From: Macrostomum hystrix
Taxonomy: Eukaryota > Animalia > Platyhelminthes
Length of the DNA stretch: 64,000 bases
NCBI GenBank assembly: GCA_950097015.1
Contig: CATNEN010000038.1
Span: 30,318,001 to 30,382,000, forward strand
Reading direction: 5' to 3'
The translations under genes and the position numbers were made by a program. Positions 1 through 13,811 of this stretch are shown one piece after another (position 1 is the first letter of the stretch; every line of letters begins with the position of its first letter). Under the pieces are notes generated by a model. That model did no database searches. It was not told the origin of the DNA and saw only the letters and a list, made by a program, of their open reading frames with translations.

Positions 1-614
1 TACATTGTAACTTATAGCAATCCGAAACTATAGAAAGTTTTAAAAGTTATTTCAAGAATCTTATTATAAACTTACATTTGGGTCTATTGAGTGACTCTCA
101 ATTTTTTATAATTGTTTTTGTCTTGAAAATTTGTTTAAATATATCTGCCAGTCTCAAACACTTGACTCATAGCAGTTTCTGGTCAATTTAATATCCCATT
201 TTATCCCTAAAATCCCTACTTACACCTACCGCCCAAATAAGTCATTCCTGTCAACCTCCCACACGCAGTATACTATAAAAGGCTAAGCCCAACCAAAACA
301 GATCTTCCTCACCGATCATTGGACGGTGCCGGAGAAGCCACCTCACCCTCCCTATCTCCCTCAACCCTGATCCCCAAGTAGCCCTTAGTAACACAGCACC
401 TCCTAGACCAACTAAAAACGCCCAAATTCTATTTCTTCCGAAACACTCCCTTTCCTAAACACCTCAGAGATAGAGAGAAGAGGTGGGAGGAGAGGAGAGA
501 CGAAGTGTACAGTAGGACTACGCCCTTGCTAAAGTCCATAAATCAGCATACACACGAGTTAAGCGTACAACAGCGACAGAACCTAATACCCTATCTAGCA
601 CTGCTTGATTGGTT

Positions 615-628
615 GTTGCTATGGCAAC
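615..628. promoter_or_regulatory. RFX X-box-like palindrome GTTGCTATGGCAAC, with an inverted CCAAT (ATTGG) just upstream
   Basis: Matches the RFX consensus GTTGCCATGGCAAC at 13/14 positions. No linked gene start was identified in the window. Confidence 0.35.
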
Positions 629-1135
629 ACAAAGGACAGACAAATAGATGGACAGAGAGAAGAGGAGAGAAAGGACAGAATAAGTCTGGGATAGGCAATA
701 GCTGAGGGTGAAAATAGTATAGCATTATGGATTCCTACACTGAGCCATTTAAAGTCATCGAATATTTATTTATGCGCACTTATGACTTACACGCCATAGC
801 TTAGACAGGAAACTATTGCGGATTAACTTGCAAGAAGTTGATATTGAAAAGATAAAGAGAAAACGGACGACTTTCAGGGCCAGATCTTATGGCCGACTAA
901 AATTGAAGCCAAAACCAAAGCAAAAACATTCAAAACACTGGTCCCTCCAAAACTAAACTTAAACGGATTAAAAATCTGCAGCCTCTATACATCCTATTGG
1001 TAATGCGTGGGTGTGATTCGTTGAAACAAAACTGTGCACTGGGGTGCTGAAATCTTATATAGATCATGGTCTAATGGACAAACGTGGCTTAAAAATAAGA
1101 TATCTAACTTTTAACATATCTCCATGTCTATCTGT

Positions 1136-1935
1136 CTCCCATTCTCCCTAACAGTCACCCCTTCTCATTAACAGTCTCCCATTCTCACTAACAGTCTCCC
1201 ATTCTCCCTAACAGTCTCCCATTCTCCCTAACAGTCTCCCATTCTCCCTAACAGTCTCCCATTCTCCCTAACAGTCTCCCATTCTCATTAACAGTCTCCC
1301 ATTCTCACTAACAGTCTCCCATTCTCCCTAACAGTCTCCCATTCTCCCTAACAGTCTCCCATTCTCCCTAACAGTCTCCCATTCTCCCTAACAGTCTCCC
1401 ATTCTCCCTAACAGTCTCCCATTCTCAATAACAGTCTCCCATTCTTCCTAACAGTCTCCCATTCTCATTAACAGTCTCCCATTCTCACTAACAGTCTCCC
1501 ATTCTCCCTAACAGTCTCCCATTCTCCCTAACAGTCTCCCATTCTCCCTAACAGTCTCCCATTCTCATTAACAGTCTCCCATTCTCACTAACAGTCTCCC
1601 ATTCTCCCTAACAGTCTCCCATTCTCCCTAACAGTCTCCCATTCTCCCTAACAGTCTCCCATTCTCCCTAACAGTCTCCCATTCTCCCTTACAGTCTCCC
1701 ATTCTCCCTAACAGTCTCCCATTCTCCCTAACAGTCTCCCATTCTCCATGACAGTCTTCCATTCTCTCCGACTGTCTCCCATTCTCTCCCTAACAGCCTC
1801 CCATTCTCTCCGACTGTCTCCCATTCTCTCCGACTGTCTCCCATTCTCTCCCTAACAGCCTCCCATTCTCTCCAACTGTCTCCCATTCTCTCCAACTGTC
1901 TCCCATTCTCTCCAACTGTCTCCCATTCTCTTCAA
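1136..1935. repeat. 20-bp minisatellite (ATTCTCCCTAACAGTCTCCC)n, shifting to a 21-bp variant at the right end
   Basis: Visible tandem periodicity, about 38 units. Confidence 0.97.
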
Positions 1936-2772
1936 CCCTAACTGCATCCATCAATTTTTTGACATACGAGATCTCGTACAAGAGATCTAGGAAAAAAAAT
2001 TGCAAAATTGCACAATAAATTGACATAATCGAGAAAATAATAACAGATAGCATGTTATATTTATACACCGATGAAGTCACAAAAGTTTGTTTTAAAGTAG
2101 AATCAAGAAAGAATTACTTCTTAAAGAAATGTGTTTGTGAAAAAAAGTAATTAATCGATCAATGAGTACACAAATCTTTTTTAGATCATTATCTACAGAT
2201 GCAATTAACTAGTATTTCATGAACAATAAATTTCATAATTACTATTTAATATACTATGACTGAATAAATAGTAAACAGAATACATAAATAACATGTATCT
2301 AAATTATTAAACATAATACAATCAAAACTAATGAGTACTAACAGCAATTATACTAAATCATCTATTATTAAACTGAAGAGTAATGATAAGCTTTAGAATC
2401 TGTGTGGTTCCTTGACTTCCTTGTAAGGCAGTGAAACCCAAGGAAACACTTGCAAAATAAAAATTCGGACGCATTTACAGATAAATTAACAGTCTCCAAG
2501 TTTGTGGCGTTTAACTATTTACATTTGAATTGGCGCTAAATTTCTTATTGTTCAGTATACGTTTATTATTCCATAAATGATTACAAAGTAGCTATATAAT
2601 TGACATTGAAACTTTTAGAAAGTATAGAATGTATGAATTATAATTATAAGATGCAATCATATAAATTTAGAGCCTTAAAACTTAAACTGTACAAGAACAT
2701 TTTTGGCGCCGATTCAAATAAAAATAATTAATCGCCACAAGCTAGGAGTTGGCCGAGAAATTCACTAGCGCA

Positions 2773-4453
2773 TTAAGGTGCCAAATTGGTTAAATTTCCA
2801 AACTTATCAAGATGCCGGAGCATTGTCTGTACGGCCTCTTCAAACAGGGTGAAATTAATATTCATACCCTGCATAGTAAAGAATGGATTCTTTAATGCGT
2901 AATCAGCGTAGATCTCGTAGATTCGTTTTAAAACCTGATTAACATTGGCCTGCTTCGGATCGGTCATCACTAGAATCTTGACTCCAGTCACTGTCTGCAA
3001 GCAGTGCAGCCTGTAGGCGTCAGTTTCCAATAATTGTAGGCCCGAGGAGCCAGTCACGGGTGACAGTTTGGCAGTGATTGCGTAGATACTGTGAAACATG
3101 CCTGCTAAATTGATTCTCTCATTGGCTGTTAATTTGAATTTGCCAAATTTGATACTGATTGGATAGCTAGATTGGTCAGCTAGTGCAGCCATGACCTCCT
3201 GGCCAGACTCGAGCAGGGTCGGCCGGTTCACCTGCACTGGCACACCGTTGACAGCCAGGACGCAGTGACCAATGCGAACACCGTCAGCTTCGCCGAATAC
3301 AACAGTGCAGCGAGAGTCCTGTGTGTTGGAGACAATGACTCCAAATAGAGACAGAGAAAGCTGACCGCATTCGTGACAGATAGGTGACAGCATGAGGGAC
3401 AGGCAGCTGACAGCATGGGTGACAGCATGAGGGACAGACAGCTGACAGCATGAGGGACAGACAGGTGACAGCATGAGGGACAGACAGGTGACGGCATGAG
3501 GGACAGACAGGTGACATGGGTGACAGCAAGAGGGACAGACAGCTGACAGCATGGGTGACAGATATGTGACAGCATGAGGGACAGACATCTGACAGCATGG
3601 GTGAAAGATAGGTGACAGCATGAGGGACAGACATCTGACAGCATGGGTGACAGACAGGTGACAGCATGAGGGACAGACAGCTGACAGAATGAGGGACAGA
3701 CAGCTGACAGCATGAGGGACAGACAGGTGACAGCATGAGGGACAGACAGGTGACGGCATGAGGGACAGATAGGTGACATGGGTGACAGCAAGAGGGACAG
3801 ACAGCTGACAGCATGGGTGACAGATAGGTGACAGCATGAGGGACAGACAGCTGACAGCATGAGGGACAGACAGCTGACAGCATGAGGGACAGAGACAGAT
3901 GACAGCATGAGGGAGTCGAGGGACAGACAGGTGACAGCATGAGGGACAGACAGGTGACGGCATGAGGGACAGACAGGTGACATGGATGACAGCAAGAGGG
4001 ACAGACAGCTGACAGCATGGGTGACAGACAGTTGACAGCATGGGTGACAGCATGAGGGAAAGACAGGTGACAGCATACGCGAAATACAGGCGACAGCATG
4101 AGGGACACAGCTAAAAACATGGGTGACAGACAGCTGACAGCATGAGGGACACAGCTAAAAACATGGGTGACAGCTAACACCATGAGGGACAGATAGCTGA
4201 CAGCATGGGTGAGAGACAGCTGACAACATCGGTGAAATACTATTTACTCTTAATCTGATGACAATTATCAGCCATAGTGCACATTGCCAGCTTGGGTCTT
4301 AAAAATTCTTACCTGAACCTCAATGACAGGCTCCAGTGGATAGCTGTAAGTTTTCTCCAGCTCATTAGCAGCTCCAACAAGTCTACTGTGGTCAGTATAG
4401 GTGTAAACCAATGCACCAGCATTGTTTATTATCATAATGTTGTACACAGGCAT
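2773..4453 (-). CDS. TRAPPC4: Trafficking protein particle complex subunit 4 (Trs23/synbindin), 2 exons, about 228 aa
   Basis: Exons 4453-4313 and 3318-2773 join at a phase 0 CAG|GTAAG...CAG| junction. Motifs: IINNAGALVY, EKTYSYPL, PDZ-like insert DGVRIGHCVLAVNG, LTANERINLAGMFHSIYAI, SSGLQLLET, IYEIYADYALKNPF. Confidence 0.95.
3362..4232. repeat. Composite minisatellite (TGACAGCATGAGGGACAGACAGS, about 23 bp, with shorter variants) filling the TRAPPC4 intron
   Basis: Tandem periodicity; source of the Cys/Pro/Ser-rich artefact ORFs. Confidence 0.95.
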
Positions 4454-5373
4454 GTCAAATTTTTATTACTGAACTTTGCAGGAAGTTAAGTATTATGAAA
4501 ACAGGCTGCAATAATGAAAGAACATTTACAGAAAGAGTTTAACAAATGCCATTGAAATAGATATGCAAAAATAATTTATTTTCAGTTTAAATATTAAAAA
4601 AGCATTTTAAATGTATTTAGGCAAAAAAATTATTCACAAATTAATTTTCCACTTTACATTTTAGCCATGACAATAATAGGAGTTTAAAAAAACAATTTAG
4701 CATTCAAATGAAGTTATATCAGCTGACAGAGCATGTTTGAAGTGACAAATATATATGTAAAGAACAAATGTTGCATTTGGCATTAAAAAGTATCAGCCTA
4801 TAGTTACAAGTTATTTGCTTTGTTTTATTTACTGACTCTCAATTTTAGTCAGTTTCTTTACAAAAACTTTTTGTGAAAATTTGTGATCTTTACTTTCATT
4901 GAGAAACTTAACATATTTATAACTTTTGTTGGCATTGCTAAAATGCAAATTTGATTGCATTTCACTTGCTGCTTGATAATATATTATCAAGCAGTTCTAT
5001 AGCCCTTGAATATTTTTGCTATAAAATACTAATACTTAAATTGAAATGGCCAGCTAGTGGCACTATTGTTAGCACAAAGCAAATGTGGAAAGTTTGATAG
5101 GGCTTCAAGCCTTTTAGACTGTCTAATTTATTATGTTGCCTACTAAAGGAAATATCTGTCTTTTTATGTATGTAACACAAAGACCTCTAGCACCAAAGTT
5201 ACTCTGAGCACTTTGGTGCTAGCTAATATCAACATAAAAACATGATTTTTATGTAATTTTACTGAGATCTTAACTAGAAGTTTATTATAAAAAGATAATA
5301 TTAGCTATGGGTTTTGCAGCTAGCTTATAACAACTGTCTAGAGACATTTATAATAATATAAACTAGCAAAGCC

Positions 5374-5961
5374 CCAGTGTCAGTATCGTGTGCTGGTGTA
5401 CGACAGAATGAAATTTGATTCCCTAGCTCCTGTGTGCCAATGTATGCCATCGAATTTATGTTGCTCACGAAAATATGACAAGCAAAATTTGCACTTACTT
5501 ACATTAACTTAATTGCATACTATATGTTCGCATGTATCTATCAGAAAAAGGAATTATAAAGTCTATTAAGTTTACAACCAACCAACCAAAAGAAGATTTT
5601 GAAAAAATGATGTTGGTTAACAATATTAAACAAAGTGTTGACAGTAAAAATGTAATTTACTAAAGAAGATTTTTGTCTTTCAAATATTGTATATTTAAAT
5701 AACAAATAAAAGGCTTAAAGAAAAATTTCAGCAATTGTTAGTACTGCACTATTGAAAATTGACATGATGTTGGTTGCAGAGTGGTGGAATTTTGAGAAAT
5801 ATTACGCTGTCAATGTTATGCCCTAAACGCCTTATGCCTTGTTTTGCCATTAATGCCATACACCAAGGCGGGTGTATGCCAAGCTGTACGCCAACGGGGT
5901 ACACCAGACCCCTCTGTACGCTGGAATTTTCTGGCGTACATGTATGCCATCCAGAGTCTGG
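5374..5961. mobile_element. Old non-autonomous DNA transposon related to the element at 6529-7209
   Basis: CCAG...CTGG ends and TGTACG/TGTATG subterminal motifs. Imperfect 8-bp flanks GCAAAGCC / CCAAAGAC. Confidence 0.45.
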
Positions 5962-6528
5962 CCAAAGACTCATTCTTATTTTTATATTGAAGATTCTTAT
6001 TTTTTTATTGAACTTACTAGCTAGTAATATATTCAAGTACTAATATGCAAAAACTTATATTTGCCCTGTTGTAGGCCAAAAAGCCTATTTGAATTTATTT
6101 ATTTAGATTTAGTTTTTCTGTGGTACAATGTATCAGTTTGTAATTATGCTATTGGCTTGGGCCACTGCTGCAAGTAAAGAAAACCATCAGTCAATGACAA
6201 TAGGTAGAACTATCAATTTTGCATTGTAGAAATCTTTTCATTTATCTAACTATTTCTTCATTAATTCCTTTTCAAAGAATAGAATTAAATACACAAAAAT
6301 AGGCCCACCATTGCTTATCTTATCATATACTTACTCTGCAAACAGAGATTATTGATAGCCTTCTGATAAAGTAAGAGTTGTTAAACTGAGTTAGTTAAAA
6401 TGAGAGTTATTAATGACTAATAATATAATTTGCTGAAATGTATTTAAAACAGCCTTCAAACATATATTTTTATAAATAATCTTTTGTGTGGCTTTTAAAC
6501 AATAGATTTTAACTATTCTTTCAAATTT

Positions 6529-7209
6529 CCATAGTGCAGAAGGACGGGTGTACGACGGAAATTTCCGTCGTACATTGAGGTTGGTTGTCGTACATGTCGT
6601 ACATCGTTCATTTTTGCAAGGGCTCTTTGTCGTACATGTCGTACCGTCGTTGGCCACAGGCAACACTGTCACTGTCGTACATCTCTGACTAGAAAGCTAT
6701 ATGCAATGTATGCATAGCATTTAAAAATACAATTTCGTTTTCATAATTAAATTAAATTTATTCAAAGTTCTTTTTACGAGGCACAAATAAAATATAATCT
6801 TGGCATACTTAATAATAATTTTTTTATTATGTGGCACCAAATTTCACATTTTTATATTCAAGGCCACACAAATGTGCATCCGTTGTTTTAATCTTAACCT
6901 TGTTTATTTCTTTTTTGAAATGCGTATCGTTGTATCGTGTTACTGGGAATTGAATTGTGAATTAATTTATATTATATTAAATTCAATTACTTCAATTCAA
7001 GAATTAATTTACTTCAATTACTTGTAAACTTGTTATTACCACTTACAACTTATTATTACTCTTTGTCTGGGTCGGGAGTATGTGGGTTTCTGCATTGTAG
7101 TTTGTCGTACAAAAAAAAATTACTTAGTTCACTTGTGTCGTACTGTCGTACAGCAGGCTAAAACTGAAATTTGCCTTCCGTCGTACACAGAAATCCTTCT
7201 GCACCATGG
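6529..7209. mobile_element. Non-autonomous DNA transposon (MITE) with 8-bp TSD, hAT/P-like
   Basis: TIRs CCATAGTGCAGAAGGA..GTGTACGACGGAA / TTCCGTCGTACAC..TCCTTCTGCACCATGG. Perfect TSD TCAAATTT at 6521-6528 and 7210-7217. GTCGTAC subterminal repeats. Confidence 0.9.
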
Positions 7210-8998
7210 TCAAATTTCTAGTGAGAACAGATTAAAGACTATTCCCATGTAATTTTGTGATTTAATTACAATTGAGAAGTTGGCATGAAAAATGAGGAAA
7301 AATTTTAATCCAATGAAGAGTGTTAGTGCTCTTTGTCTTTTCGATGAATTTAAATTTTATAACTTACGATGCTGACATTTTTTATGATGAATTTCAACTA
7401 ATGTTATGCTTCCTATTAAGTTTGTCTTATGCAGGCAGCATTGACCGTCTCTTTGCTCTAGCCTTAAGGTTTCTAAAAACATTTGTGTCAAAACTAATAG
7501 AAAAATATAATAGGCCCTAACTTAAAAATTAATCTGAATAGGATAGATTCAGTGGGCCTAACAAAGTCACTTAATTTGAAGCTTGAAATGATATAGGCCT
7601 ACATGCAAGTAAAGTGGGCCTAATATGTTAATTGTTGACTAGGCCTACTTCACTGCTTCAGTTTACTTTGGATCATTGTAGGGCCTAATGAAATTTATTC
7701 AAAGCAAGTATAGGCCCTATGCCCTTTATATAGGTAAAATAGTAGCCATTAGGTCTACTTTTCTGACAAATTATTAGTAAGTTTATCAACTTGACAGATT
7801 GTCCAAATTATGCTTGTGTTGCAATAAACATCTTGTGAATTAATTCATTCAATTTTTGAATTGAGATATATGCTTGATTGATGTCACATCTCATGTGATG
7901 ATTAGTACTTTTTATTTGAGTACTTTCAATTTCAATCAGGTCTAAATCATATAATCTTGCCTGGAGTCTTAAGAAGTTAATATATACAGTATGGTAAAAT
8001 ATCAAAACATTTATACTACACTTAGGGTTTAATCTTACCCCAATGCCATGCCATCTAGAGCAGAATTATATTTTTATATATAGTCTTAGTCAGTCATCAA
8101 CCCTTATAGTTAATACACTTGCTATGGCAAGGCTTTGGCTTACTAATAAAATAAAACCATTAGATGAAAAAATAAAAACTAATAGGCCTAAGTTCTATTT
8201 TGTTATGCAGATCGGTAAGTAGAAAGATGTTAGTGCTGATAAAATAGCTGTACTTTAAGTGGGCATTAATGTTTTAGAACGTACGTAAAATGTTGTCCAG
8301 CCCTTAAGATTATTCCTGGAAATATCAGTTAAAACGACATTCCTAACAAATGGAATGTAAATAACGACATTCAAAGAATTGCAGATGCAATTACGTCAGT
8401 CAAGTCCTATAGATACTAATAACTATATTTAAAATTGTTTTTAAGGTTTCAAAAAGCATTATCAGATTATGTAATTGATGTCTTACATGAATATAGACCG
8501 AATAATCGTTACACATCCAAGTCCTAAAAACAAGCTCGCTGGCGTGGTAGTGTTAGTAAGGATATAATAAGTGTAACACTCGGTGAAATAAATCGACATG
8601 TATCCGTCTTAACTATTAAAACAAAAAGGCCAAAAACCGATTTCATAACTTTATTTCACAAATGATATGCAAGTTAAAAAAGACAACAATTTTATTTATT
8701 TTAATGAATGCAGGATTTTTATGTTGTTAATAAATCATACAACTGTGTGCATCATACATTATCAATTCACTGCATGTAAATTGCCAATATAGATAGCAAC
8801 TTGTTTACTTCAGATTTAAAACAACGCAACTACCTAACACATATTCATGAATTTAAATATTGCACAAAAATTACAATTTAAAAGACTGAATACATTTTAC
8901 GTATCATTTTATACCTAGAGAGAACGCGGTTTTACCCACAAGTTCCAGTTATTCACAAAACCATTTTTAGATCGCTTCGTGACTAAATTACAAATGAG

Positions 8999-11900
8999 TC
9001 ACCGCTCCTCAAAGCACTCAGCTAATCGGTCAAGCACTCGCGATACAGCCCGATCAGCTATAATTAACGATCGCAACTCGGTCCTACTTTGCGCAGTGTG
9101 GCTGACAGTTTCGTCAACTTTAGCGGCCAATTCGCGCTCTTCTGCCATCACCGTTGTAAGGCGAGTCTGCGTAGCGGCTAGACGGTCGCGAAGTTGACTA
9201 GCCGGCCCGGAAGCTGGAGCGGATGACGTCGACGACGAAGCAGCAGCTCCGGCAACATTAGTGACCGACTCGAGGACGGATAAACTGTCCTTCACTTCGT
9301 TAACTAGCAGCCGGTGTTGAGCTTCTAGTAGGCCGCAGTCGACATTGAATTTCTCGACAGATTCGTCAGCACTGGCCAGCACCTGTTTGTTAAAGCGTTA
9401 GTTTGCGAATAAATTTGATGTATACGTAATTAGATATTTTTAACAGACATTAAGTCAGAAGTGTATTGCTTAACAGCACAAACTTCTTTCTTTGGGGCTG
9501 AGATTCGAACTCCCGACCTATTAGTCATACCTGTCTGTGCCTATCCGCCTCGTCAAAGAAGCTGTGCAACTCGGCCAGTCTTAGCTGAGATTTGGCTGCC
9601 CGGCCCTGGCTCTTGATCTCATCCAGCCGCTTGTAGCGCGACTCCAGCAGAATCTTGCGCTGTTGAACGTCCTCCTCCATCTTGGTCTTCAAATGGAATA
9701 GGCCCTCAGGCGAGACCACAGCCTGCTCCTCTAGCTTGGCCTTGCGAGCGCGCATCGATTTAGCCATGGTCTCCTGGCCAGCCGCCTCCTGCGCCAGGGC
9801 GTCTTGACGAGAGGCCAACTCCTCAGTCGCGTGCTGATCAGCGCTCAGTTCGTTCTCGCGGGATCGAATCTGCGAGTTTCAAACAGTTGCAGTAAATCTA
9901 CAATTGGAGCTACATGTACATAATAGTTAAAAAAAACCTAGTTACACACCAGATAGTATGAAAATCTAGTTCCAGATCCCATAGTATGAAAATCTAGTTC
10001 CAGATCCCACATTATGAAAATCTAGTTCCAGATCATATAGTATTAAAAATCTAGTTCCAGATCATATAGTATTAAAAAATCTAGTTCCAGATCCCAGAGT
10101 ATGAAAATCTAGTTCCAGATCCCACATTATGAAAACCTAGTTCCAGATCATATAGTATTAAAAAATCTAGTTCCATATCATATAGTATTAAAAATCTAGT
10201 TCCAGATCATATAGTATTAAAAATCTAGTTCCAGATCATATAGTATTAAAAAATCTAGTTCCAGATCCCAGAGTATGAAAATCTAGTTCCAGATCCCACA
10301 TTATGAAAATCTAGTTCCAGATCATATAGTATTAAAAAATCTAGTTCCAGATCCCACATTATGAAAATCTAGTTCCAGATCCCACATTATGAAAATCTAG
10401 TTCCAGATCCCACACTATGAAAATCTAGTTCCAGATCCCATAGTATGAAAATCTAGTTCCAGATCCCACATTATGAAAATCTAGTTCCAGATCCCATAGT
10501 ATAAAAATCTAGTTCCAGATCATATACTATTAAAAAATCTAGTTCCAGATCCCAGAGTATGAAAATCTAGTCCCAGATCCCAGAGTATGAAAATCTAGTT
10601 CCAGATCCCACACTATAAAAATCTAGTTCCAGATCCCATAGTATGAAAATCTAGTTCCAGATCCCACATTATGAAAATCTAGTTCCAGATCCCACACTAT
10701 GAAAATCTAGTTCCAGATCCCGTAGTATGAAAATCTAGTTCCAGATCCCACACTATGAAAATCTAGTTCCAGATCCCATAGTATGAAAATCTAGTTCTAG
10801 ATCCCATAGGAACATACATCAATATGGAACTAGAACTCTCCAAGCAAGTGAAAGCTACATGCCAATATTGCAGTGACTTACCCTAGCTCGTGCTGCCTCC
10901 AGCTGGCGCATGAGATTATTGGTCTGCCCAGCGCTGCTCTCTAATTCTGCGCGCAGTCGCTCAGATTGGCTCTTGCTATTGGCCACCTCAGACCGGAGGG
11001 CCTGTTTACAATATTTGTCATCGGAATACCGAATTAAAGCAGTGCAAATCGCGACTTTTAAACAAAAAATGCATATATAAAGCTACTGAAACTTCTGACT
11101 GTAAATAAAACAAATTTAATGCTTACACAAAGCAAAGCACGATTTGCCGATTAGAGATAAGACAGGGAGGAGATAAGACAGGGAAGAGATAAGACAGAGA
11201 AGAGATAAGACAGGGAGGAGAAAAGACAGGGAGGAGATAAGACAGGGAGGAGACAAGATAGGGAGGAGATAAGACAGGGAGGAGACAAGACAGGGAGGAG
11301 ATAAGATAGGGAGGAGATAAGACAGGGAGGAGATAAGATAGGGAGGAGATAATACAGGGAGGAGACAAGATAGGGAGGAGATAATACAGGGAGGAGACAA
11401 GACAGGGAGGAGACAAGACAGGGAGGAGATAAGAAAGGGAGGATAAGACAGAAGAGAGATGAGACAGGGAGAGATAAGACAGGAGATTTGAAACCGTTTA
11501 GGGGTGAGACAGGGGAGATGATAAAGAGGAGAGAGAGATAAGAAATATGAGAGATGAGACACTGAGGAGAGATAAGACAATCAAGAGAAAAAAGAGCACA
11601 GTAAATGATGGACAACATTTGGGAGTTTGAAGAATCTAAACCCAAACATCGACATTGTCGGAAAACTAGACTAATAAGTCAATCGTCACCTTCTCCTTAG
11701 CCTTCAAGGAATCAATTTTGGTCTTGGCAGTTAAAAGTCGCGGCTGTATGACATTTCGCGTATAAAACAACAAATTAATTAATCCACTAAGTGCATCGTA
11801 GATTTTCCGAGCTCGACTCGGATTCAATTGTGTGCTGATGTCAATTATGGACAGGGGACAGGTCACGTGAGCTGCCTTCAACAGATGCGGCAGGGCGGCT

Positions 11901-12145
11901 GACAGCAAACAGATTTGTTGATTTCGCAGACTAGGTGCTGGCAAATCAGGCGATAATTGTTCCTTATCGAGAACATGGTCAGTACCGATGCCAGTTAGGC
12001 TGGCTACAACACAAGTGAATACATGCAGAGTAGTTGCAGTGGATAATAACTCGTCATCATCAGCTAATTCAGTGCCAGCATAGGCATTCAAATGTTGGAC
12101 TAGTTCTTTAGCTTCCAGTACTGGATATTTGTGAGACTGGGACAT
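8999..12145 (-). CDS. NUF2: Kinetochore protein Nuf2-like (NDC80 complex), 4 exons, about 432 aa
   Basis: Exons 12145-11690, 11001-10882, 9869-9531 and 9382-8999, all phase 0 GT-AG. N-terminal YPVLEAKELVQHL and ALSGLINLLFY resemble the Nuf2 CH-domain motifs (FPxLxxxEIV, FLSGIINFxxF). A long coiled coil follows and the length is typical of Nuf2. Confidence 0.72.
9950..10810. repeat. 28-30-bp minisatellite (GAAAATCTAGTTCCAGATCCCATAGTAT)n in NUF2 intron 2
   Basis: Tandem periodicity. Confidence 0.96.
11154..11580. repeat. 16-bp purine-rich minisatellite (GACAGGGAGGAGATAA)n in NUF2 intron 1
   Basis: Tandem periodicity, degenerate to the right. Confidence 0.95.
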
Positions 12146-13811
12146 GCTATAATTGTATGCCCGAAGAATGACCAGAAATATTATTGCTGAAAGAAAGTTT
12201 AGACAAGTTGAAATAATATCAATTTTTTATAATCAAATGCAAATGGTCACATGCACATTGCTTCTGCATGTTGATCCCAATTGGAGCAAATAGCAGTATT
12301 TCAGGACAACGTCTAGCGCACTTGGGAAAAATTGCCTGCATGGCTGCACAGAAAGTAATTTCTGTCCGTGCAGCCACACCTTGTGTGCGTAAAGTTGTCG
12401 TACGTATGTATAACAAACAGTGTGCCCTTGTGCCCCTACACTAACGTCTTGTGTTCTTTATAAATTTATATTTTGTAATACATTTACATATACAAGTACA
12501 TGTAGATGCAATGCTAGTAGTAACTGCCAGTGCCTCATACTCGCACCTTGTGTGTTTAAATATATGCAAATTACGAAACTTATTAAATAAATTTTAATGT
12601 ACATGTAGATGCACATGGTATAGCAATGTGCACCCATGCTGTATATCCACACTATTGTGTGCTTAGGTAGGCCTATACATTTACATATTAAAAGAAACTT
12701 ACATGTACATGTAGGTGCGATTCTAGCCAGGAACAGTTACAGAAATTTTTGGATGGAGGGGCGTACATTTATTCACAAACACGACTACATGCTCCATAGT
12801 GCCCTAGTGCAAAAAGACATAAGCTTAGCTGTTCTAATTATAGAAATACACTACAGAGATCGAATTAGTGAGCAAATCTGGAACAGGGTCTAGCCTCTTG
12901 CATGTCCTAATTGCCTGCATGTCTATGGTTAGAATCTAAATTTTCAGCTTAATTGGGTACTTGACTTTTGGGTGAATGAAGAAATTCATTATAAAATGAA
13001 TTCAATTATAATTCAGTATAAATTCATACATAAAAAATAAATTATTAATTAATTAATATATAACTTCATAAATAAAGTGGCCAATAGTTGCTTTGCTAAT
13101 AATAAGGGCTTCTAAAACAAAACATCTCAGTGTCAGCGCCTATCTAGAAAGAATAATTAGAAGATAGGTGGTAAAGCTAAATAAGTTTTTATATAAGTAG
13201 CTGACAAACATGGTTCAAAAATAATAATAACAGTAAACAGGGAAATGTCTACACATATAAAAAAATATTGGTAGCTGTAAAACTAAGCCCTAACAGTATT
13301 ACTATGAATATGAGCTAAATATAGCTTATTTATATTATTACAAAAATGGATGAATACTGGATTTACTTGTAGTATTGTCATATAGTGTTCACGAAAAAAT
13401 TGGAAGCATTCATCTTATTGAAAGGTAAATAACTAATGTACAGCAGTACAGGCCACAGGGCATAATTAGCTATTCTGTTTGCACGTGCTTAAATAAGAAG
13501 GAAAAAAGTTGAAAAATGGCCGTCATGTGCGTAATTTGTACTAGTACCTAGTTTTTCTCATAAAATATTCCTTTAAAATGCAACTAAAGTTGCTCCGAGC
13601 TATTTTAACTGCAAGCTAATAAATTTTAACTATACGATTTCTCTCTTTTTGTTTTAATACACATAAGCGAAAAGAAGTGATAAATTCAAAATTTCTATCC
13701 AGTTTTTTGAACGCAGCTCTAGACGCCGCATGCAATATTTAGTGTTGCATGTTTTTTTATCTAGCGCTTTTGTGTACATTCAATAAATAACCAAAGGATC
13801 TAAAAGTTACA

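Noticed and set aside
230-720. Possible solo LTR or promoter, and the 66-aa ORF at 505-705
   Set aside because: It has TATA-like and X-box motifs but no second copy, TSD or recognisable protein.
3228-4183. Cys-rich ORFs and an apparent N-terminal extension of TRAPPC4
   Set aside because: They lie in the TRAPPC4 intron minisatellite; the true exon 1 is 4453-4313.
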